Shown here one piece after another: positions 58,481 to 64,000 of a DNA stretch of 64,000 nucleotides. Source of the stretch: Leucoraja ocellata (lineage: Eukaryota); contig JAWMAR010000248.1 in NCBI GenBank assembly GCA_036785375.1, positions 2,170,001-2,234,000 of the forward strand, read 5' to 3'. The position numbers and the translations under genes are program-made. Numbering within the stretch: position 1 is the first letter of the stretch; each line of letters begins with the position of its first letter. The notes beneath the pieces were generated by a model that searched no databases, was not told where the DNA came from, and was given only the letters and a program-made list of their open reading frames with translations.

Positions 58481-58962
58481 CATTCACACCACAGACTGGG
58501 CTGTCTCTGCCCCGCAGTCCCAGGCACGGCCACGGGGTGGCAGCGGTGCCCCCTGCAGTCCTGGGCACAGCCACAGGGTGGCAGCGGAAGCCCACGGCCG
58601 GAGACATAACTCGGGGGCTGCGGGAAGTGCCGTCGGGTCGGGCAGCTTCTGTGTGGAGATGGGTCGGTGATTGGGATCAGCGTCCCCTGTCTGTACCCCG
58701 ACCTGCCCGGTGTTCTGCCGTGTGACACCAGACTGTGGGCAGAGACCCGGGGAGAGGAACCCATTGACCACTCCATGGCCCCCTATCCACCACTAATCCA
58801 ATCCCCCTACCACAGAACCCTCCACTACCATCCCACCCACTGCCCTCCCCCCACTGGCCGTCCACCCCATCCATCGCTGCCCCTCTCTCCCCCAACACCC
58901 ACCCACCCTCCCTCCTCTGCTGTCACCCCCCTCCCCTCCCCCCCGGAGGGGTGCCCACCTAC

Positions 58963-59052
58963 CGGGTCGATGTAGGCAAAGCCTTGTTCGGCGCTGGCTG
59001 CCTGGAGTACCTCCTTCTCCAGCCGGTACCTCTCCATGTAGTCCAGTATATC
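58963..59052 (-). CDS. P3H2: P3H2 exon 6 (DILDYMERYRLEKEVLQAASAEQGFAYIDP)
   Basis: ctccAG / GTaggt; 90 nt. Confidence 0.93.
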
Positions 59053-59366
59053 CTGGAGGGAGAATACACCGTCACTCGGGACTCAGCAGGACCACACAGC
59101 TGTGGGCCACATCTGTCTCCATACATCTGTGGGCCGCGTCTGGACAGCTGGTCCCATACAGCTGTGGGCCACATCTGGGCAGCTGCTCCCCACAGGCAGA
59201 CGTGGCCCACAGCTGGAGAGTGGACTGAAGCTTGAGGGGAGGGGTGGGGGTGAGATTGAGAGGGGGGTGAGCTGGGAAGCATTGGGGGACCTGGAGCCGG
59301 GGAGAGAGGTAGGACAGGGTCACTGGGAGCAGGCAGCTATTTCTGGGTCAGTACATGGCCTGCAGA

Positions 59367-59560
59367 GGGGCAGCACAGTGGTGCATTGGTACAGTTGCTG
59401 CCTTACAGTGCCAGGGACCTAGGTTTGGCCCTGACCACGGCTACTGTTGTATGGAGTTTGTACGTTCATCGTGTGATCGTGTGGGTTTACCCCGGGTGCT
59501 CTGGTTTCCTCCCTCCCTCCAAGGACGTACAGGTTTGTAGGTAATTTGGCTTCAGTTAAT
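59367..59560 (+). mobile_element. tRNA-derived SINE, 5' part
   Basis: gggcagcacagtggtgcattggtacagttgctgcc head and a body shared with 42027-42306. Confidence 0.8.
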
Positions 59561-59696
59561 ATTGGCATTGGGGAGTGTGCTGACCTGCTGGGGTCCTGGG
59601 GGTGAGGTGGGGGTGAGGGGAAACTGTCCTGTCGCCACCTGAGGGCGGGGCGGTGCGGTGGGGTTTGCGTGGGGGAGGGAGGGGAGTGTGACTGAC

Positions 59697-59836
59697 CTGC
59701 CGTGGCCCTGGGGTGGGCTCGCCTCTGGCCCTCAGCTCCAGCCGGTAATACGCGGTGTTGTCCAGCATGTCAGGGTCTCCAGGACGCAGCAGCAGGTAGG
59801 ACGTGCTGGCAGCCAGAGCCCCCCCATAGTCACCCA
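59697..59836 (-). CDS. P3H2: P3H2 exon 5 (VGDYGGALAASTSYLLLRPGDPDMLDNTAYYR...PRQ)
   Basis: ctgcAG / GTcagt; 140 nt; TPR-like segment. Confidence 0.93.
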
Positions 59837-60309
59837 CTGCAGGGAGGGAGAGAGAGGGGGTCAGTGTGTGGCCCCGGGTCCAACCCCCCCCCCCCCCCCA
59901 CCCCGGTCTCCACCTCCCTCACCCCCCACCTAGAGCCCCTATTGTAGTCATCCATGGGGGGGGGGGGGCAAGAGAGAGCGAGAGAGGGGACAGTATGTGG
60001 CCCTGGACCCCCTATTCCCTCCCCTGGCCCCCTGCTCTCGCAAACCCCCCCCCCCCCCCCCCCAACCTCCAGGGATCGCGCATAGTTGGAGGGGGAGGGG
60101 CATCAGTTTGTGGTCCTGAACTGCCCCACCGGCCCCCAGCCCACTCCCATCACCCTTCCCCTCCCCTCTTTCCCTCCCCGCATCCCCACCATCCCCTCCC
60201 CTCACATTCCCTCGCTCCCCTTCCCTCCTTCCCACCCTCATTCCTTTCCCGTCCCACCCACCCTCGCTCCCCTCCTCTCCCACCCTCGCTCCCCCCCGGG
60301 GACACTCAC

Positions 60310-60441
60310 CCCTGTAGTAGGAGTACTGCAGGAAGTCGTGGTGCAGGGGCAGGTAGTTGTGGATGGGCGAGAGGCGGCCAGCGCGGGTGGACAGCTGCCG
60401 CACACAGTCGTGTTCACACAGCAGCACCTGCAGGTAGTGAC
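60310..60441 (-). CDS. P3H2: P3H2 exon 4 (GHYLQVLLCEHDCVRQLSTRAGRLSPIHNYLPLHHDFLQYSYYR)
   Basis: cctcAG / GTgagt; 132 nt; CxxxC motif and the P3H2-type GRLSPI. Confidence 0.96.
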
Positions 60442-60834
60442 CTGAGGGCACACATCGTCACACACAGTCCTGTCACAGAGTCTATTATACAGACCCACCA
60501 ACCCTCCACTCACCCTCCCACACACAGTCTTGTTCACACAGCTGCACCTGGACATAGTGGGCAGGGGGTTTCAGGGCAGGACACACACACGCACGCACAC
60601 GCACACGCACTGACCTTCCAGCTCCCATCCATACTAACCACACTCCTGCGTCACCAACAACTCCCTCACGAACACCCCCACCCCTCTTCCCACTCCTCCA
60701 CCCAATGCTCCCCATCCATCACCATCTATAAACTCATGCCCACCTCACCCTTCCCTTACACCCACCCCCCCACCCCCCGGCCTCATTCACCCTCTCCCAT
60801 CCTCACCACTATCCAGCTTTGGTCAGCCTGATGG

Positions 60835-61560
60835 GACAGAGCTATACATCTGGAAACAGGCCCTTCAGCCTACCTTGTCGATGCTGACCAAGTTGACATA
60901 TTGGTCCCTTTGTTTGCATTTGGCCCACATTCCCCTAAACACTTACTGTGAATACATCTGTCCAAAGATATTTTAAAAGTTGTACTTGCATCCATTTCTA
61001 CAGCTTTCTCTGGCAGCTTATTCCAAATATGGACCACCCTCTGAGTGAAAAAGTTGCCCCTGAGGTCTCTTTTATATCTCTCCCCTCTCATCTTAAGCCT
61101 GTGCCCTCTAGTTTTAGAATCCTCTACCCTGGGAGAAAAAGACTGTGAGCATTCACTACATCCATGCCACTCATGATCGTGTATACCTCAATAAGGCCAC
61201 CCCTCATCCTCCTACTCTCTAAAGACAAATCTGCCTGTCCAAACTCTCCCTTTAACTCAAGCCCCCAAGCCCAGGTAATTTCCTGGTGAATCTTTTGTGC
61301 ACCATTTCCAATTCAATGATATCCTTCCTGTAGCTGGGCGGCAGAACCGCACACAATGTGGTCTCACCAACGACATGTACAGCTGCAACATGACAAATAA
61401 ATTGAATCTTGAATCTTGAATCTTGAATCTTGATGTCCCACCTTTTCTATCAATACCCTTCCCAATGAAGGCCAGAGTGCCAAACGCCTTCTTCACTACC
61501 TTGTCCACCTGACTCGCCACTTCCATACAACTGTTCACTCTGTTCACCAACACTCTCCAG
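60835..61560 (-). mobile_element. CR1 3' fragment
   Basis: QVDKVVKKAFGTLAFI and RGNFFTQRVVHIWNKLPE on minus; contains (TTGAATC)n at about 61401-61433. Confidence 0.87.
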
Positions 61561-62716
61561 GACTCTACCACTTACAGTGTAAGTCTTGCCCTGGTCTGAG
61601 TAATGAAGAACAGAGGGGCCTTGGAGTACATCCATAAATATTGGAAGATGGCAATGCAGGTATATGATGTGCATGACCCAAGACCAGTGGTGTGCTGCAG
61701 AGATCGGAATTTACCGGTCTGTATTTAAAGCAAGGACTTGTATGAGATCATAGGTGGCATGATGAGTAAGTGTGCAGTTGACAACATAACATTCTTCACT
61801 GCCCAGCCCTCCACCTGTTGTCTCAGGTCAACTGGGAAGATGGGCAAGGGAGTGGCAGATGGGGTTTAATTCAGACATGTGAGAAGTAGGGGAGTTATGG
61901 GAAATGAAGGCAGGGCAGGACACACAAAGTGACACAAACCACCTCCCCAAGCCAACAATGGCCCAAAGAGGTCATTTGTGGCTGCCCCTGATTGATCCTG
62001 GTCTTTTCTCACCTCCGACCCTTCACCTCCCCACCCCCTATTTTAAGACGGAAGAGGATCCTACCTGAAATGTCACCCATCGTTTTTCTCCAGAGATGCT
62101 GCCTGACCCACTGAGTTACTCTGCACTTTGTGTCTATCTCTGGAATAAATCAGCATCTGCAGTTCTTTGGTTCTGCAGTCTGGGGCGTGTAGCAAAACAG
62201 AGTAACTAGGGGTAAAAGCACATCATTCCCTGAAAATATCAACGCAGGTGGACAGGATGATGAAGGTTTATTCTGGGCTTCATTAACGAGGCACTGAGTA
62301 CAGGAGTTGGGATGTCCATGTTACAACTATACAAGTAGATGTTGAGACCACACTTGGATATGTTCTGGTCACCCAGCTACAGGAAGGATGGCATTAATCT
62401 AGTTAGATGAAAGAAAATTCTCAAAGATGTAACTGAGATTGGAGGGCTTGAGTTATAGGAGAGACACGATGGGGCTTGGACTTGAAGAAGGGTCCAACCC
62501 AAACCGTCATCTGTCCATTCCCCCCACAGATGCTGCCTGACTTGCTGACATTGTGTTTTGCTTAGGATTCCAGCATCTGCAGTGTCTAGTATGTCTGTGC
62601 AGACATCTTGGTCAGCATGGACATGTTGGGCTGAAGGGCCTGTTTCCGTGCTGGATTGTCCCTGTACACTCTGACTGCCCCATGAGGGAGTTCACGGCTG
62701 GAAACACCAGTCCTAC

Positions 62717-62903
62717 CTGCGATGATTTCGTATAGGTGCAGCCCTCGATGCTGCTCAATGTCTTCAATCTCCTGTGGCCCTTGGCACAAGGCACGGCACT
62801 CCGTCTCCGCCTCCCAGAACTGTCGCATGGCCTCCTCGAATGCACTGATGGCCAGCGAATACTGCTCCTCGTCATAATGCTTCAGCCCCTTGTCGAAGGC
62901 CTC
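62717..62903 (-). CDS. P3H2: P3H2 exon 3 (EAFDKGLKHYDEEQY...ECRALCQGPQ...LYEIIA)
   Basis: tgccAG / GTagga; 187 nt; CxxxC motif. Confidence 0.96.
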
Positions 62904-63029
62904 CTGGCAACAGACGTTACAACTCACACACTGGCAACAGGTCAACGACAACACAGGACTGCTTTCCAAATGTAGCAGCCCTCTGATCTGGGCTGGTCTT
63001 TACTGCCTGACCAAGTCCATATTGAGATG

Positions 63030-63112
63030 GTGACCAACTCGGACCATGTGAAGATCATGTCCATCCCTACCCATGTGGAGATGTCCATCCCTGCCATGTG
63101 GAGATGTCCATT
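63030..63112. repeat. About 23-bp tandem repeat (ccatgtggagatgtccatccct..) x3
   Basis: Visible direct repeats in P3H2 intron 2. Confidence 0.8.
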
Positions 63113-63302
63113 CAGCGTGTGGCTCTCCCAGAACTGATCCATACCACTGAGGTGGGTGCCCAGTCCCCAAGTATTGCACCACGAGTACAGACCACTACTG
63201 CCGCATGTCAACATTCCCCGCATGCACCCAGCAGACAGGAGAGCCCAGCATCTGCCCCAGCCCACCAACACGTCCCACCCCTGAGGACCCACACACTCTT
63301 AC

Positions 63303-63455
63303 CATGTAGGGCCGTGCTTCCAAGTCGATGAAGTGAGACTCCCCGACGCCCTCCATCTGCTTGTAACGTTCCAGGCTCTGCCTCATCTCCATGTGCTCGG
63401 GATTTGCCAGGAAGAAGGTGTGGGCGGCTGCTGCAGCCTTGGCCGGCTCGTCCAG
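63303..63455 (-). CDS. P3H2: P3H2 exon 2 (LDEPAKAAAAAHTFFLANPEHMEMRQSLERYK...EARPYM)
   Basis: ttccAG / GTaaga; 153 nt; AAHTFF.ANPEHMEM motif. Exon 1 is outside the window. Confidence 0.96.
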
Positions 63456-64000
63456 CTGGAAGAGGTCAAGGGTACGGCCGCATTAGTCATATAACAATTA
63501 CAGCACGGAAACAGGCCATCTCGACCCTTCTAGTCCGTGCCGACAAAATGCTAAAGGCATGACTAGAGGCAACACTAGTCGTGGGCAGGCTGTCGACTAG
63601 TGTTGCCTCAGCTCAGTGATACTTTATTCACATGTACCTAGGTACAGTGAAATACTTTGTTTTTGCATACAATCTTGTAAATCATACAGCGGACATCACC
63701 CGGGCAGTACGCAAAGAGTCGCCACATTTCTGGCGCAGCCAAAGTTACAAAAGCTCTTGATTCAATCACAACGGCAAAGCAGACCACACCTGGTCACTGT
63801 CGGGTCCCCCACACCTGGTCACGGGGGCCACCCCCACTCCGCCCCGCCGGGTCCCTCTTTGCTCTTGGTACACCCCCTCCCTCCCGGTTGCTCCCACCGG
63901 CCTGTCCACCAGCAGGGCGAGTCTGTCATCATCCATACCAGGATGGTGAGGTACAGCTACAGTGAAAATATGTACCTGCACTCCAAGATCTGCTCTACAA

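Noticed and set aside
59866-60831. 321-aa plus-strand ORF
   Set aside because: Low-complexity, stop-poor GC-rich sequence antisense to P3H2 exon 4; no domain signal.
50987-63455. Assignment as P3H1 or P3H3, or as a pseudogene
   Set aside because: GRLSPI, DLSHPIHADNC, ERI.ADE...NP.DEL and the linkage to TP63 fit P3H2. There is only one frameshift, in a region with other error signatures, and all splice sites are intact.

Overview
Eukaryotic, intron-rich DNA from a cartilaginous fish (probably a skate or ray, judged from the CR1/SINE/Penelope repeat families), not a prokaryotic or phage region. It holds two convergent genes. TP63 lies on + (exons 4-14, 4182-47098; the TA and deltaN first exons are upstream of the window). 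All its GT-AG junctions and phases fit, giving 1692 nt in frame, and a recognisable alternative gamma terminal exon sits at 36629-36797. P3H2/LEPREL1 lies on - (exons 2-15, 63455-50987, ending NPRDEL; exon 1 is beyond the window). As assembled, P3H2 exon 13 is one base short, a frameshift that is most likely an assembly error. The two 3' ends appear to lie within about 0.7 kb. Introns contain CR1, Rex1-type and Penelope-like retroelement fragments, tRNA-derived SINEs, many short Penelope-terminus repeats with decayed hammerhead-ribozyme cores, two foldback elements, minisatellites and a 206-N gap. I cannot support a wholly new biological system here. The best leads are the p63-gamma exon, a clustered p63 response element in intron 4, the altered CHK2/CK1 phospho-relay, the hammerhead-centred palindromes and a foldback element carrying Pol III boxes. 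Human comparisons are from memory, not from an alignment, and repeat boundaries are approximate.
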